DNA of 61,069 bases, from positions 1 through 61,069 of IMG/VR virus record IMGVR_UViG_3300035701_000033; one strand, written 5' to 3'. Source of the DNA: a virus (taxonomy: Duplodnaviria; Caudoviricetes). The position numbers and the translations under genes are program-made. The notes below the pieces were generated by a model, which saw only the letters and a list, made by a program, of their open reading frames with translations, had not been told where the DNA came from and made no database searches. This document shows, one piece after another, positions 20,551 through 30,832 of the stretch; within the stretch, counting starts at the first letter, position 1; each line of letters begins with the position of its first letter.

Positions 20551-21480
20551 TTAAACGACTTTCAATGCTTCTTCAAAAGCACCATTAAAGTCTGTTGGGT
20601 CTACTTCAGTCGCTACTCCAGTGCGCGAGGCTTTTGGAGATTCGAGGGATTTCAGCTTGCGCTGTTTCTCCGCTTCGATTTCCTGCGCTTTTGGATCGGG
20701 AATTGGTTCAGTTTTTACCCGACCTGTTTGCGTTTTAAACGTATCATAAATTTCTATGATATCCTTGACATTGCCACTATCCAATACTTCGTTTGCTGCT
20801 TTCTGCTGGTACTTAGGAAGTGTAGATATCCATTTCTCAACATCGGGGATCAGAGCTACGGCATCTTCATGCACAGAAAGAATTGAGTTCATCATCTTCT
20901 CTTGTGCAGTTTCAGCGACTGCGCCCTCAGTAGCAGTAAGTTTTTCCATTACGGGGGTAAGCACTTTTGAAAGAACAACGGTCACTTCGTCAATCAATGT
21001 CTTGCGCTGCATGTTGAACATTGCTGCATGATCTGGCCAATCTTCTTCGAACTTTTTGGAGAATGCTTCAGTTTTCTTTTTTACTTCTTCTACTTCTGCG
21101 ATCTCTGCTGCCGTTGGACCTTTCGGTTCTTCCTTGGGGGGGGTAGCAACCTGTTTCTCCAGAGCTGCGATCTTATCCATAAGCTCTGCGATCTTTGGAT
21201 CTTCCTTAACCGGTTCTTCTTTAACTGGTTCTTCCTTAACCGGTTCTTCCTTAGCAGATTCTTCCTTAACCGGTTCTTCCTTAGCAGATTCTTCCTTAAC
21301 CGGTTCTTCTTTAACTGGTTCTTCCTTAGCAGATTCTTCCTTAACCGGTTCTTCCTTATTTGGGGCGTTGTACTCAGGTTCGACAGCTGCAAGTTCTTTA
21401 CTTGCCAGCGCGTCGGCGAAGAAAGCGTCAAAATTTTTGTCATTTTCTTCGGGGGTTACATCTGCTTTTTTAGTTGCCAT
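20551..21480 (-). CDS. Capsid scaffolding protein
   Basis: Acidic ORF between portal and capsid genes; start taken at MATKK with AGGAG RBS. Confidence 0.7.
   Translation of the reverse strand: MATKKADVTPEENDKNFDAFFADALASKELAAVEPEYNAPNKEEPVKEESAKEEPVKEEPVKEESAKEEPVKEESAKEEPVKEEPVKEEPVKEDPKIAELMDKIAALEKQVATPPKEEPKGPTAAEIAEVEEVKKKTEAFSKKFEEDWPDHAAMFNMQRKTLIDEVTVVLSKVLTPVMEKLTATEGAVAETAQEKMMNSILSVHEDAVALIPDVEKWISTLPKYQQKAANEVLDSGNVKDIIEIYDTFKTQTGRVKTEPIPDPKAQEIEAEKQRKLKSLESPKASRTGVATEVDPTDFNGAFEEALKVV
21200..21356 (-). repeat. 15-nt tandem repeat encoding EEPVK/EESAK in scaffold
   Basis: About ten units of TTCTTCCTTAACCGG / TTCTTCCTTAGCAGA. Confidence 0.9.
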
Positions 21481-21675
21481 AAAAATAACTCCTTTCTGCA
21501 TATATACTACGATGGTTTATACTAATAAAGCAAGGGTGTTTACTTAAAGATTTTAATCATGTTCCTGACTTCCATTGCCATACCCCGAGTAAGTTCAGAA
21601 TTATCGTCCACAAGCTTATTTTTTTTCTTATCAAATTCTATTTCCAGCCACTCCAAAAGGACTATTCCGCACTCG

Positions 21676-23853
21676 CTATTTCTTAGCTGCTTTAGTCTTA
21701 CTTCCAGTTCTTGTTGGTGGTCCACTTGGCTTTTCTCCTTCCTTTAGAGTTTCTAGCATGACCTTCATATGCTCCAGATTTGATTTCTCCTTCATTGATT
21801 TTGCCCCTGTCAGATTTGCCTCAACCTTGGAAAGCAGTTCAGCAAGTTTCGCTTGGTTCTGCGAAGTAATGCTCTCTGTCTCAGCGGTAGTTTTACCTGC
21901 CTTTGCAGTGAGATCCTGAGCCTTGGCAGTATTGATCCCGTCTTCAATCTGGGATTTATTCTGTGCTGCCTGAGCATTACCCGCATCAATGGCGTCACAT
22001 GATTTCTGATCCTTGATTCGTTTGGGGTCCAGATCCCGAGCAGCAAATCTATCGATTAATAATCCACGGAGATCGATGTACTGTCGTTCTTCTTGGGTTA
22101 AGGTTGTAGCCAGTTGGTCAAGTGCAGCCCCCCGGACTTCTTTAGCTACAAGCGAAATAGTTCCTCGCGGTTGTACTTCGTAATCACCCTTGATCTCTTC
22201 TTTATCATTGAACTCCATATTCCATTTAACCTGAGATTCTATCAGCGATTTCGTATAGTTATCGAAACTTCTAACATTGTCTTTAGTAATGATGTTAGCC
22301 CCACCTGTCATCTGGGACATATTCTGTGAGGTCCTGAACGCTTCACCTAAAGGTTGGGCATTACCAACTGTCCATGAAGGGAGATTACTTTCTATATCTA
22401 TATCCTTCTTCAATTCTTGCTCCACTGATAATAATTCAGTAAGATGCGATTCAGTATTGAGTTGCCGTACCGCTGGAACCTGAGCGTCTGGGCCTGTACC
22501 CTGACGATATATCGTCTGGAAGGAATGAATCGCCGCTACTTCTTTCCCCCTAGCAAGTAACTCTTCATTGACTTCCCAGATAGGACCTGCGACAGAGGCA
22601 CCGTTGTCCATAATCATTCTGCGCACTGCGCATCTTGACATCTGGGTGTCTCTCAGAATCTCAGGAAGTCCGATGCCGGTAAGCCCAGAATCCTCGTCAT
22701 CCATGTGGATAAAAGCATGGTACATATCACTTGGCTTATCCCCGAATGCTGCGAGTTCAGCCTTGATAACTACATTCTCCAGAACCCAGACATCGGAAAG
22801 AATGTCAATGTATAGATCCTTCTCCGTTATGTTCATACCCAATTGCTGCAGTTCATGCCCGGTCAAGTACCCGAAATATCTAATTACTTCGTACTTACGA
22901 GAGTCCCGTTTATTCAGGTTGGCGGTTAGGTTCAGAACATTGAGTTGTGTTTCATATGCCCTGCACTTATAATTGCCCTCTTGGTTGCTACGTAAGTAGT
23001 CTTTAATGTTCTTTGCGATCATATCCTCACGTTTAGCTAGTGCCGTCAATTGGTTCCGAGCAAATACAATACGCTCGAACATGAACTCTTGGTCGTTCCA
23101 ATGTTTAGCTGCGAGGTCAGGAAAGATGTCCCAAACCTTTACATGCTCATAATAAGGCCGGGGTTTCTGTTTCTTCTCTGCAGTAAAAGTTCCGTCCTCT
23201 CCTTGGAGCCATTCGCGTGTTTCCACATATTTGACCATAGGCCCCTTTGTGACCCCAATGCCATATTTAGCCCCACTACTTAACGCACGTTTGCTCAAAT
23301 CTGGGTGGTCGATCTCGGCCAATTGGTCAAGGCATTCGGTCATCATATTCTCAGCCCGTTCGTCTGCAAACTTCTTGACAGCATCTTCGATCTCAGCTGA
23401 TGTGGGCTCAAATGCTTTAGGGTCCTGCATCTGTTGCATCTGTTGCATCTGTTGTTGTGCTGCTTCAGGATTCTGCTGGGCTTGTTCCTGCATTTGTTGC
23501 ATCAGCATCTGTTGTTTCTGCACTCTCAATCCGTCAAGAATATTCTGCAGATCCTTCTGGGCAATGTTTGGGTAAGGCGTTGCATTAATACTGAAATTAT
23601 GTTCAGTAGCCGGGAACATCATTTCCATCATCTTTGCTACGAATGTTACAATCTTGACATAGGTATCACCGGGATAGACCTTACTGCGTTCTTTAGGGAT
23701 GAGGTCTTCAATTTCTGGGTCATATTTCTTCCTATATTGCCGGAGATTTTTTAGCCATTGCTGTTCGAGAACAACCCTATCAGCTGCAGCTAGATCAAAC
23801 TTGGATTTCATCGCAACCCCAAGTTTTTCCAGAGCTTCTTTATTGAATTCCAT
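21676..23853 (-). CDS. Portal protein
   Basis: ~725 aa between terminase and scaffold; WLKNLRQYR, YGIGVTKGP, GIGLPEILRDTQ motifs; start at MEFNK with AGGAG RBS. Confidence 0.85.
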   Translation of the reverse strand: MEFNKEALEKLGVAMKSKFDLAAADRVVLEQQWLKNLRQYRKKYDPEIEDLIPKERSKVYPGDTYVKIVTFVAKMMEMMFPATEHNFSINATPYPNIAQKDLQNILDGLRVQKQQMLMQQMQEQAQQNPEAAQQQMQQMQQMQDPKAFEPTSAEIEDAVKKFADERAENMMTECLDQLAEIDHPDLSKRALSSGAKYGIGVTKGPMVKYVETREWLQGEDGTFTAEKKQKPRPYYEHVKVWDIFPDLAAKHWNDQEFMFERIVFARNQLTALAKREDMIAKNIKDYLRSNQEGNYKCRAYETQLNVLNLTANLNKRDSRKYEVIRYFGYLTGHELQQLGMNITEKDLYIDILSDVWVLENVVIKAELAAFGDKPSDMYHAFIHMDDEDSGLTGIGLPEILRDTQMSRCAVRRMIMDNGASVAGPIWEVNEELLARGKEVAAIHSFQTIYRQGTGPDAQVPAVRQLNTESHLTELLSVEQELKKDIDIESNLPSWTVGNAQPLGEAFRTSQNMSQMTGGANIITKDNVRSFDNYTKSLIESQVKWNMEFNDKEEIKGDYEVQPRGTISLVAKEVRGAALDQLATTLTQEERQYIDLRGLLIDRFAARDLDPKRIKDQKSCDAIDAGNAQAAQNKSQIEDGINTAKAQDLTAKAGKTTAETESITSQNQAKLAELLSKVEANLTGAKSMKEKSNLEHMKVMLETLKEGEKPSGPPTRTGSKTKAAKK

Positions 23854-23863
23854 AGCTATCTCC

Positions 23864-26314
23864 TTAATATCCTGTACGCGAATCTGCAGGTCGGTAAGAT
23901 GTATTCCCAGTAAATGCATTATGAGTGATTCTAATATAATCGTCAACCCTATAATACTTCCCGGTCAGGAAAAGAATCCCATACTGCGCTGCCTCAGCGA
24001 CATGGGACCAGTTGTTTTTATCTGGGCGATCATGGTACTTGTTGTCCGATCCTTTGATCCGCCCATATCTATATTTATTTCTCATGGCCTGAATAAGCAT
24101 GGTACATGAAGGATCAATCATGACGAGTGGATCACCATCTGGATATGTCCTTAATGCCTCATCCAATGCCGTAATCCTACGAATAGGATCATTGGTTTCT
24201 GCCGACTTCACATGATGCCCTTCTTCTCGTTTGAATATAGCAGTAAGTTCTTTCTTCCATGAGTTATCATCAGTATCATTCTGCCGTACCCAACTGGGGT
24301 CGCCTATGAAAACAAGCGGATTCTCTATGGCATCATTACGAAGAACCGGACGCAGTTTCATGGATACGAAAGTCTTAGCCCCCATATCAAAACCTGTTGC
24401 CTCTCTTAAAATATTGATTCTCCCATTTGGTAACATCTGCATTAGAACCGATGCAGGTGAACGGGCGCAGTCTTGCCCAATAATGATTGGAAGATTTGCC
24501 CATAGTTTTAATGGGACCTTCGAGATATGTCTTTCTGGTTTGAACGTCTTCTCGTATACTGGTTTACCTTTAATTGAACGTGCGTACTTAACCTGTACCA
24601 TTGTCCTATACCATTCATCAGATTCCCCAGACTGTTCATAATAGCCAAAGGGCAGATTTTCTATGTTCTCTGCATCTGGGGAATCCCCTGCTGGTTGTTT
24701 GAACGTGTCACATGCGAGTACTGAATTTGGATTATCCTCGTCAATAGGTAAATGATCGAATATATGTTGCCAATAACTATCTTCCTCTGGGGCGTTGGTG
24801 TCTCCAAATAATCCCGCATATGTAGGCCACTCTGCTGCTGGTACTGCCTCTGGCTTTTGCCTTGCGCTTGGATACCGACCGCACCTTTTACCTAAGTTCT
24901 CTACGATCTCTCGGGGGATCTCACGACATTCGTTTATCCATCCTGCAGTGACTTCCATGGAAAGTACTTTGGCAACGTCAGCCGCATCGTCAAGAGCTAC
25001 AAACATAACTTCCGAGCAGACAGGTATCCCATCTGGAGGGATAAAATTCATCATGTAGGTTTTTGCTGCGATCTTGTATACTCCTAATGGGCCATCAGGA
25101 AACCATTCCTGCCATGTCTTCAACGTAGTTTTATTCAATTGGTCTTGAGTATTACGGACAATAACAAACCGAGTACGTCGTATACCATCAATACCGGGAG
25201 CCTGATTCAAAGCAATCCTAAATATTTTTATACAGCAACCTACTGATTTCCCAGAATTACCAGTAACAAAAATTTTGCCATTATATCGAGCCAGAAAAAA
25301 ACTACTCGGGACAACAAAACAGTATTTAAATCCATCAGTTGATTCTATTTGCCCATAGGTCGCATTTCTAAAAGTCACACATTGATCTAATTGTCTCACG
25401 GCATATACTGTGTAATGCGGCCCCCATTTACCATCCCCTCGTGGGTCATTAAACTTAGATATAGTAGCCCTGTGCCCAACTGCGCTACATATAAACTGAA
25501 TATATGAAGCATCGGTTTCAGAAGTAGTTGAAAAACGAATTTCCCCATCAGCATGAATCAATCCGTCCCAATATGGGAACTCATTATAAATAATCTCAGC
25601 CTGTGTTTGGGTTACTTTGTACCAAGAACTAGTATAATGCTTTGATATTGTAGGAGCTATAAAGGTAAAAATAGATTCCGTGGGTCTTCCTGCGTAGACC
25701 CGTTCGGTCCATGATATATGGGCATCGACCAATATTGAACGTAATCTAGTTTTTTTCCGTTCCTTACGAATACCAATTACACACTTTGGAATATTTCTTT
25801 CTCTATAATATTGCACAAAATGCCCGTCCGCATGGACCGCAACCATTACACGCAGTTCTGCATCAGTTAACCACAGACCCTCTTGTTTTTCTGGGAGCCT
25901 AAATGTAACTGGAATATCATATCTTGGGCCTTCGGTACGATTTTTTTTAAACTGCACAGCAATTTTATCCGCTGTTGTTATTGATAATTCCTTACGCCAA
26001 TTATAGTAGCAGATACGATGTTCATTTGAAACAGGCATATCTATAGAATGTGCGGTTGTAAATCTATGAAATGGTTCTTCCTGTGGGAGTTTTACATACT
26101 CAGGAGAAATAAAAGTAATACGCCCACTTTCGTCCCATTGGGCAACTAGATCCCCCGGTAAAAAAGTATCCATTCGTTTCCATCCGATAGGGGACAAAAA
26201 TTCAGCTTCTGCAGGTAAACACCCAACCGGACCAAGGATGAACGCACGTTTTGCTGTGGATTTGATGAACTGAGAAACTGTAGGAGGTGCGGTATAATTA
26301 AATTCGAATGCCAT
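23864..26314 (-). CDS. terL: Terminase large subunit containing an intein
   Basis: Reconstituted Walker A GPVG/SGKS, IVRNT, WINE, DTNAP, nuclease motifs IIGQD and DKNNWSHVAEA. Confidence 0.9.
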   Translation of the reverse strand: MAFEFNYTAPPTVSQFIKSTAKRAFILGPVGCLPAEAEFLSPIGWKRMDTFLPGDLVAQWDESGRITFISPEYVKLPQEEPFHRFTTAHSIDMPVSNEHRICYYNWRKELSITTADKIAVQFKKNRTEGPRYDIPVTFRLPEKQEGLWLTDAELRVMVAVHADGHFVQYYRERNIPKCVIGIRKERKKTRLRSILVDAHISWTERVYAGRPTESIFTFIAPTISKHYTSSWYKVTQTQAEIIYNEFPYWDGLIHADGEIRFSTTSETDASYIQFICSAVGHRATISKFNDPRGDGKWGPHYTVYAVRQLDQCVTFRNATYGQIESTDGFKYCFVVPSSFFLARYNGKIFVTGNSGKSVGCCIKIFRIALNQAPGIDGIRRTRFVIVRNTQDQLNKTTLKTWQEWFPDGPLGVYKIAAKTYMMNFIPPDGIPVCSEVMFVALDDAADVAKVLSMEVTAGWINECREIPREIVENLGKRCGRYPSARQKPEAVPAAEWPTYAGLFGDTNAPEEDSYWQHIFDHLPIDEDNPNSVLACDTFKQPAGDSPDAENIENLPFGYYEQSGESDEWYRTMVQVKYARSIKGKPVYEKTFKPERHISKVPLKLWANLPIIIGQDCARSPASVLMQMLPNGRINILREATGFDMGAKTFVSMKLRPVLRNDAIENPLVFIGDPSWVRQNDTDDNSWKKELTAIFKREEGHHVKSAETNDPIRRITALDEALRTYPDGDPLVMIDPSCTMLIQAMRNKYRYGRIKGSDNKYHDRPDKNNWSHVAEAAQYGILFLTGKYYRVDDYIRITHNAFTGNTSYRPADSRTGY
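25256..26221 (-). mobile_element. Intein (322 aa) with probable degenerate LAGLIDADG-type endonuclease, inserted in terminase P-loop
   Basis: Starts CLPAEAE, block B-like VSNEHR, ends YCFVVPS...FVTGN followed by Ser+1; HADG and YWDG motifs; lower GC. Confidence 0.9.
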
Positions 26315-26931
26315 TAGAATCTCCATTCCGAATATGCGCCTACATAACCTTCGAATCTATCTTTATCTTTAGGAGCATCAATACGCGCTTTGCCTGCGAT
26401 TTCTCCTTTAATATACATATCTTTTATTCGAAATAAATCTCGGTTATAATAAACCTTGGCCTTACTATCCCCATTAAAATGCTGTTCGACTCCACCGCCT
26501 ATAGCATTACCTCGTTCTAAGGCAAACCATGGTGCTGGTTTTTCTTTGATTTGGGTGTGTGCTGTGCTAGTCGTAGTATCCATTGTGACAATCGCAGTAT
26601 GACCATTATGAGATGGAGGAATATCTGCAGTATCGATAACCTCTTCATGTGATGCAATATTGGCGTCTGGATAATAGTGCTGCACAATTGGTTTAGGGAT
26701 AACCTGTAAGGGTTTAATTAATGTTGATCCCGGTACTTTAGGAATATTAGTTAACCCCTGTATTTGTGGGGGTATCTGAAAAGATCCAGATCCAACTGAG
26801 GGTTTGTGAAACACACTCCATCCTAAATATCCTAATACGAATATTAATATAATCCCATATATAATTTTTCGCCACATAGGTACTGAATTAATCTGAATCG
26901 TAAGAGTACTTAAATCTTCTTTAATGCTCAT
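26314..26931 (-). CDS. Membrane-anchored lysis-module protein (spanin candidate)
   Basis: N-terminal TM helix; C-terminal amphipathic strands ending YSEWRF; directly downstream of endolysin. Confidence 0.45.
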   Translation of the reverse strand: MSIKEDLSTLTIQINSVPMWRKIIYGIILIFVLGYLGWSVFHKPSVGSGSFQIPPQIQGLTNIPKVPGSTLIKPLQVIPKPIVQHYYPDANIASHEEVIDTADIPPSHNGHTAIVTMDTTTSTAHTQIKEKPAPWFALERGNAIGGGVEQHFNGDSKAKVYYNRDLFRIKDMYIKGEIAGKARIDAPKDKDRFEGYVGAYSEWRF

Positions 26932-27584
26932 TTTTTCTTCCTTTTCTCAATCGGAATAGCCACGCCCATAAACTTGACATGCGCTGTGGACTCAGAAGAT
27001 TGAATCCTGTAATATACACCCTGTTTATGAGAGTTAATAACTTTTAGTAAATCTTTACCAATAACTTCCCCACGTTGCTCCATGATATTATCTGTATCGA
27101 TGCCCACAGTATTTCCAGCAATTGCCATAAAATGTGTTTCGTCCAGTTGCCCTGCAAATAAAACAGCATGCCCTGTCTTACCCCCATTATAATGGTAAAT
27201 AGCAATACCCCCTACAGCCATAAACCCTCTATAATTTTTGAGATCCGCAGTTGTTATTATTTTATACTTTTTAGGATGTGCCTTGATATACTCCCAAAAA
27301 TAAATAGTTCCCGCTACTTTGGGAAATGGGTTCTTCGGATATACCTGTCCCCAAACATAAACATCGAATGCGAGACACCATGCTAAACCTTTCTGCGTAC
27401 CTGTATATTTAAGGAAACGTTCGATCATAACTCCATCATTATGGTTAGTTAATTCCCTGACTGTCGTATATTTGGTTGCCTCTTTGATTATCGCTGTTCC
27501 ACTATATGCAAAACAGAACTGTGAACATAAAGTTATAATAAGTATTATACATACAGCAACTAACTTAATTCTCCTGTCGGCCAT
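26928..27584 (-). CDS. Endolysin, CHAP/NlpC-type amidase with N-terminal signal sequence
   Basis: AWCLAF...GHAVL...AGNT catalytic pattern; start MADRR with AAAGGA RBS and hydrophobic leader. Confidence 0.7.
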   Translation of the reverse strand: MADRRIKLVAVCIILIITLCSQFCFAYSGTAIIKEATKYTTVRELTNHNDGVMIERFLKYTGTQKGLAWCLAFDVYVWGQVYPKNPFPKVAGTIYFWEYIKAHPKKYKIITTADLKNYRGFMAVGGIAIYHYNGGKTGHAVLFAGQLDETHFMAIAGNTVGIDTDNIMEQRGEVIGKDLLKVINSHKQGVYYRIQSSESTAHVKFMGVAIPIEKRKKK

Positions 27585-27858
27585 GATATGTAATCCTTTC
27601 ATGCCTTGGAATAAGAACTGTTTTAATAATATCCTTAACCTCCAATACCTGTTTTTCTGCATGGTCAAGGCGAACCGACATTTCTTTATATGAACTGATA
27701 TTCATTATAAGCACTACCAAAATCGCTATCATTACTGAACCAATTCCGGTGAGTATTACATAGGCAACTTTAAACTTGCTGTTCATACCCTCATGCATAT
27801 CCGTTACTTTTTGGTTCAAAGAACCATGGTCTTCGCAGTGGTTCATGATATCCTCCAT
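27565..27858 (-). CDS. Single-TM holin-like protein
   Basis: One TM segment, immediately upstream of endolysin. Confidence 0.45.
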   Translation of the reverse strand: MEDIMNHCEDHGSLNQKVTDMHEGMNSKFKVAYVILTGIGSVMIAILVVLIMNISSYKEMSVRLDHAEKQVLEVKDIIKTVLIPRHERITYHGRQEN

Positions 27859-28247
27859 TAAATGTTTGTTCCCACTATAGTTGCAGTCCCGCCTAATGCA
27901 TACCCACTGGTAGGGATTATATCCAATGATGGGGGCAGACTGTATAAATTTACAATTTCATAGAGATATTCAACTGGAGTTTGTCCCCCGAGAGCATATT
28001 GCACGACCACTGTTATTGCCCTAGTTTCTGTAGTCTTATCAAGATCAAGAATCCTATTATGTTCTTCTTTGATGGTAAGCTCATGCGTCGAGGCAGTAGG
28101 CACAAAATCAACCCATGATAGAATAACAGTTTTAGAGTCCATATCAGATACCTGATATCTACCACTGATCGGGATTACTGCCTTACCTACTTTATCTTTA
28201 AATGTAAGTTTTAGAAATGCTGTGGTTCTTTCGTTAAGCTGTTTCAT
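27858..28247 (-). CDS. Putative virion protein (Ig-like/beta-sandwich)
   Basis: Beta-rich ORF ending in the Gly-rich motif shared with neighbouring fibre genes. Confidence 0.4.
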   Translation of the reverse strand: MKQLNERTTAFLKLTFKDKVGKAVIPISGRYQVSDMDSKTVILSWVDFVPTASTHELTIKEEHNRILDLDKTTETRAITVVVQYALGGQTPVEYLYEIVNLYSLPPSLDIIPTSGYALGGTATIVGTNI

Positions 28248-28315
28248 TATCTACACCCCATTTAGTCAAGTGGTCCTATTTGGTTCTTATCAGTATGGAG
28301 TACATATTCTGGCTC

Positions 28316-29803
28316 TTATACCAATACTTTACATTGTATCTCATTATAGGTCAAGTCTGTTTCAACGCTATTGGTTGAGAGCTCTACATTAGTCTCGTAA
28401 GCACTTAAAGTTGCACATACATTTAACAATCCAAAATAAATCTGATATGCAGTAAGCCCAGTTCCGCCGAATATAAATCCCCCGGTTCCGACTATTGACG
28501 TTGGAACCTGATTGCTATATATGATTGCATTGCCTCCGGCTATACCCCCGGCAGTTGGCTGAAGACTTCCTCCCTGTAGATATGTTGCATGTCCTCCTGT
28601 AAGGAACCCGCCTGTGCCAACACACTCGTAGGACCCGGTATAAATTGCCGATGTAATTACCGCTGCACCACCGACTACTCCACCAGCATTTCCTAAAATA
28701 TCATAGGTTGCAGTCTTGCTTATAGTTCCTGAACCACCGATCAACCCACCCTCAGTTCCTGAGATTGAATATGTTTGGGTCTTAGCAATCGTAGCAGTCC
28801 CACCAATCAATCCTCCGGCATTACCTGAAATTGAGTATGTCAGATGCTTGGCGATTGTTCCTATTCCACCAACTATATATCCCCCAGTACCTACTATACT
28901 CTGGGTCTGCAGGGCAAAGATAGAGGTCCATCTTCCTGAATCAGTTAATTTAGTACCTACCGAACGTCCCTGTTCAGTGACACCAGCAGCTGAAATGAAT
29001 CGACCCCGTTCATCTAAGAAGACAATCGCTTGGTTGGTAATAGTCGCAGTCCCACCGACTACTCCACCCTCAGTCCCTGAGATTGAATAAGATCCCGTAG
29101 ATCCTACGACTACCCATATGATTTCGGGCTCATAGATTTGGTATGGGTTAGTAGAAATACTTATTGCCTGTTCCGGTGATAGCTGTAGACCATACATCAG
29201 GGTTAAATGTATGACTTCTTTCCATTGAGATGCGGATAAATTTACAATTCCAATAGTTGCATCAGCGCATGGCGTTGTGTTTGCCGTCTGGGTGGCACTC
29301 CCACTGAATACCCCATTAGTATAAAGGCTGCTATTAGCCCCATTATTCGACCATAATGCTACTGAGGTAAATATACCACCTGATATAGTAGGAATAGTCC
29401 CGAAATAAGCACCACTACCACACCTAAATTGTATAATATAGCTGCCTTGCCCCCGTATTATATATCTACGGTTACTGGATGCTGATCCAAACGCAAACTC
29501 CGAGACACTTGTGTCATTATTTGCTGTTGCAGTGACTACAATAGTACCGGCACTGACATTAGGTTGAGTATCTAATAAAATTCCGCCTATTCCATATCTG
29601 GTATTAACCCCCTCGGGTTCCCAAATACAGCCGCTGGATAATGTAGACCTCTTAGTATTCACAGCGTTGAATGCAAGCGCCCCAGCTCCCTCATTTAACG
29701 CCCATGCACCCACTAATCCCTGAACACTCCAATGCCCATCGGAGCGTAGGGGAGTGCCTAAAGGTGGTTTTTCGGTTCTGTCTTTGCGGATAGGAATCAG
29801 CAC
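28316..29803 (-). CDS. LamG/concanavalin-like domain fibre protein with Gly-rich repeats
   Basis: GLVGAWALNEGAG, LYTNG, LSPEQ...NPYQ LamG-like pattern then repeated YSISGxxGGLIGG units. Confidence 0.65.
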   Translation of the reverse strand: MLIPIRKDRTEKPPLGTPLRSDGHWSVQGLVGAWALNEGAGALAFNAVNTKRSTLSSGCIWEPEGVNTRYGIGGILLDTQPNVSAGTIVVTATANNDTSVSEFAFGSASSNRRYIIRGQGSYIIQFRCGSGAYFGTIPTISGGIFTSVALWSNNGANSSLYTNGVFSGSATQTANTTPCADATIGIVNLSASQWKEVIHLTLMYGLQLSPEQAISISTNPYQIYEPEIIWVVVGSTGSYSISGTEGGVVGGTATITNQAIVFLDERGRFISAAGVTEQGRSVGTKLTDSGRWTSIFALQTQSIVGTGGYIVGGIGTIAKHLTYSISGNAGGLIGGTATIAKTQTYSISGTEGGLIGGSGTISKTATYDILGNAGGVVGGAAVITSAIYTGSYECVGTGGFLTGGHATYLQGGSLQPTAGGIAGGNAIIYSNQVPTSIVGTGGFIFGGTGLTAYQIYFGLLNVCATLSAYETNVELSTNSVETDLTYNEIQCKVLV

Positions 29804-29804
29804 G

Positions 29805-30230
29805 TTATGCGCTCCGCTTCTCTATTAACCTTGCGCGTACAACAATATTCCGAGTTGCAGCCTGTGGACAGGTAACAATTAATTTGCCTCCTTTAACACC
29901 TACAGCAATCGGTGCCGTCTTTCGAGCAGGATCTTCTCCCGGAGTATTCGTTGCATATGTATCCATAATCATGAGAGGGGCTGCATGCTCTGTGGTATCA
30001 TAGTCATCAGCAGAGTCCCCTAATATATCTCCGTTTGTATACGCAACCTGAAATGTCGCTGTATCTCCACTTGCAGCTGTTCCTGCATTATCTACTGATA
30101 CCTGTATTGAAGCCGCGATGGTTGTAGCATCAATCAAAAATGCATCCGATGTCACTGCCGTTGCTGCTGACACAGTAACGCTCGTTGCAGAGGACCATAC
30201 AATTTGGGTTTCTGTTAATGTTATCGCCAT
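29805..30230 (-). CDS. Putative virion protein
   Basis: Ala/Thr-rich beta-type ORF in fibre block. Confidence 0.45.
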   Translation of the reverse strand: MAITLTETQIVWSSATSVTVSAATAVTSDAFLIDATTIAASIQVSVDNAGTAASGDTATFQVAYTNGDILGDSADDYDTTEHAAPLMIMDTYATNTPGEDPARKTAPIAVGVKGGKLIVTCPQAATRNIVVRARLIEKRSA

Positions 30231-30832
30231 ATTACACCTCTATCCTTGCTTCGGTTTCGGTCAGTATCATACCAATGGCCGTGGTAAAATCAGGAGTACC
30301 GAACTGAGAATATACCAGACCTGCAACCACTTTTAGTTGGTCTATATATTCCTGTGCCTGTCGTGTTAGTTCGGATATAACCAGCTCTTTAAAGTCTACC
30401 CTATCAAGGTTGGCAGTATATCCCAGTACCGTTGTGGCCAAAACTGTAGCATTATCATCTGCTAATATATCCAACGTACAAGATATCGTTGCTGCTCCCC
30501 CTTTAACATAGCTATATATCGGGGTGCTTAATTTCTTAATCATAAAAACTCCTTTTGGATATTATTAATACAGTGTTCACGTTCCCCAGTTAAGTGAAAC
30601 ATGATCCAATCGATTACTCGTTCCTGCCATTTCCCATGATAATTAATACCAACATAGGATGATATTGTTTGTCCTACAGGTACGTAGAATAAACAGGCAA
30701 TAAACTCGTCAATACCAATTAATAAATTTAACCAATATGGACGTTTAACCATAGCTCCCCCATAAAATAAACAGCCCCCTCCGAACTTGCGAAGGAGGCT
30801 GTTCATCCTCAATGAATATGCCGTACCACTTA

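Noticed and set aside
23420-23520. Gln/Met-rich repeat in the portal
   Set aside because: Low-complexity loops are common in portals; no separate function supported
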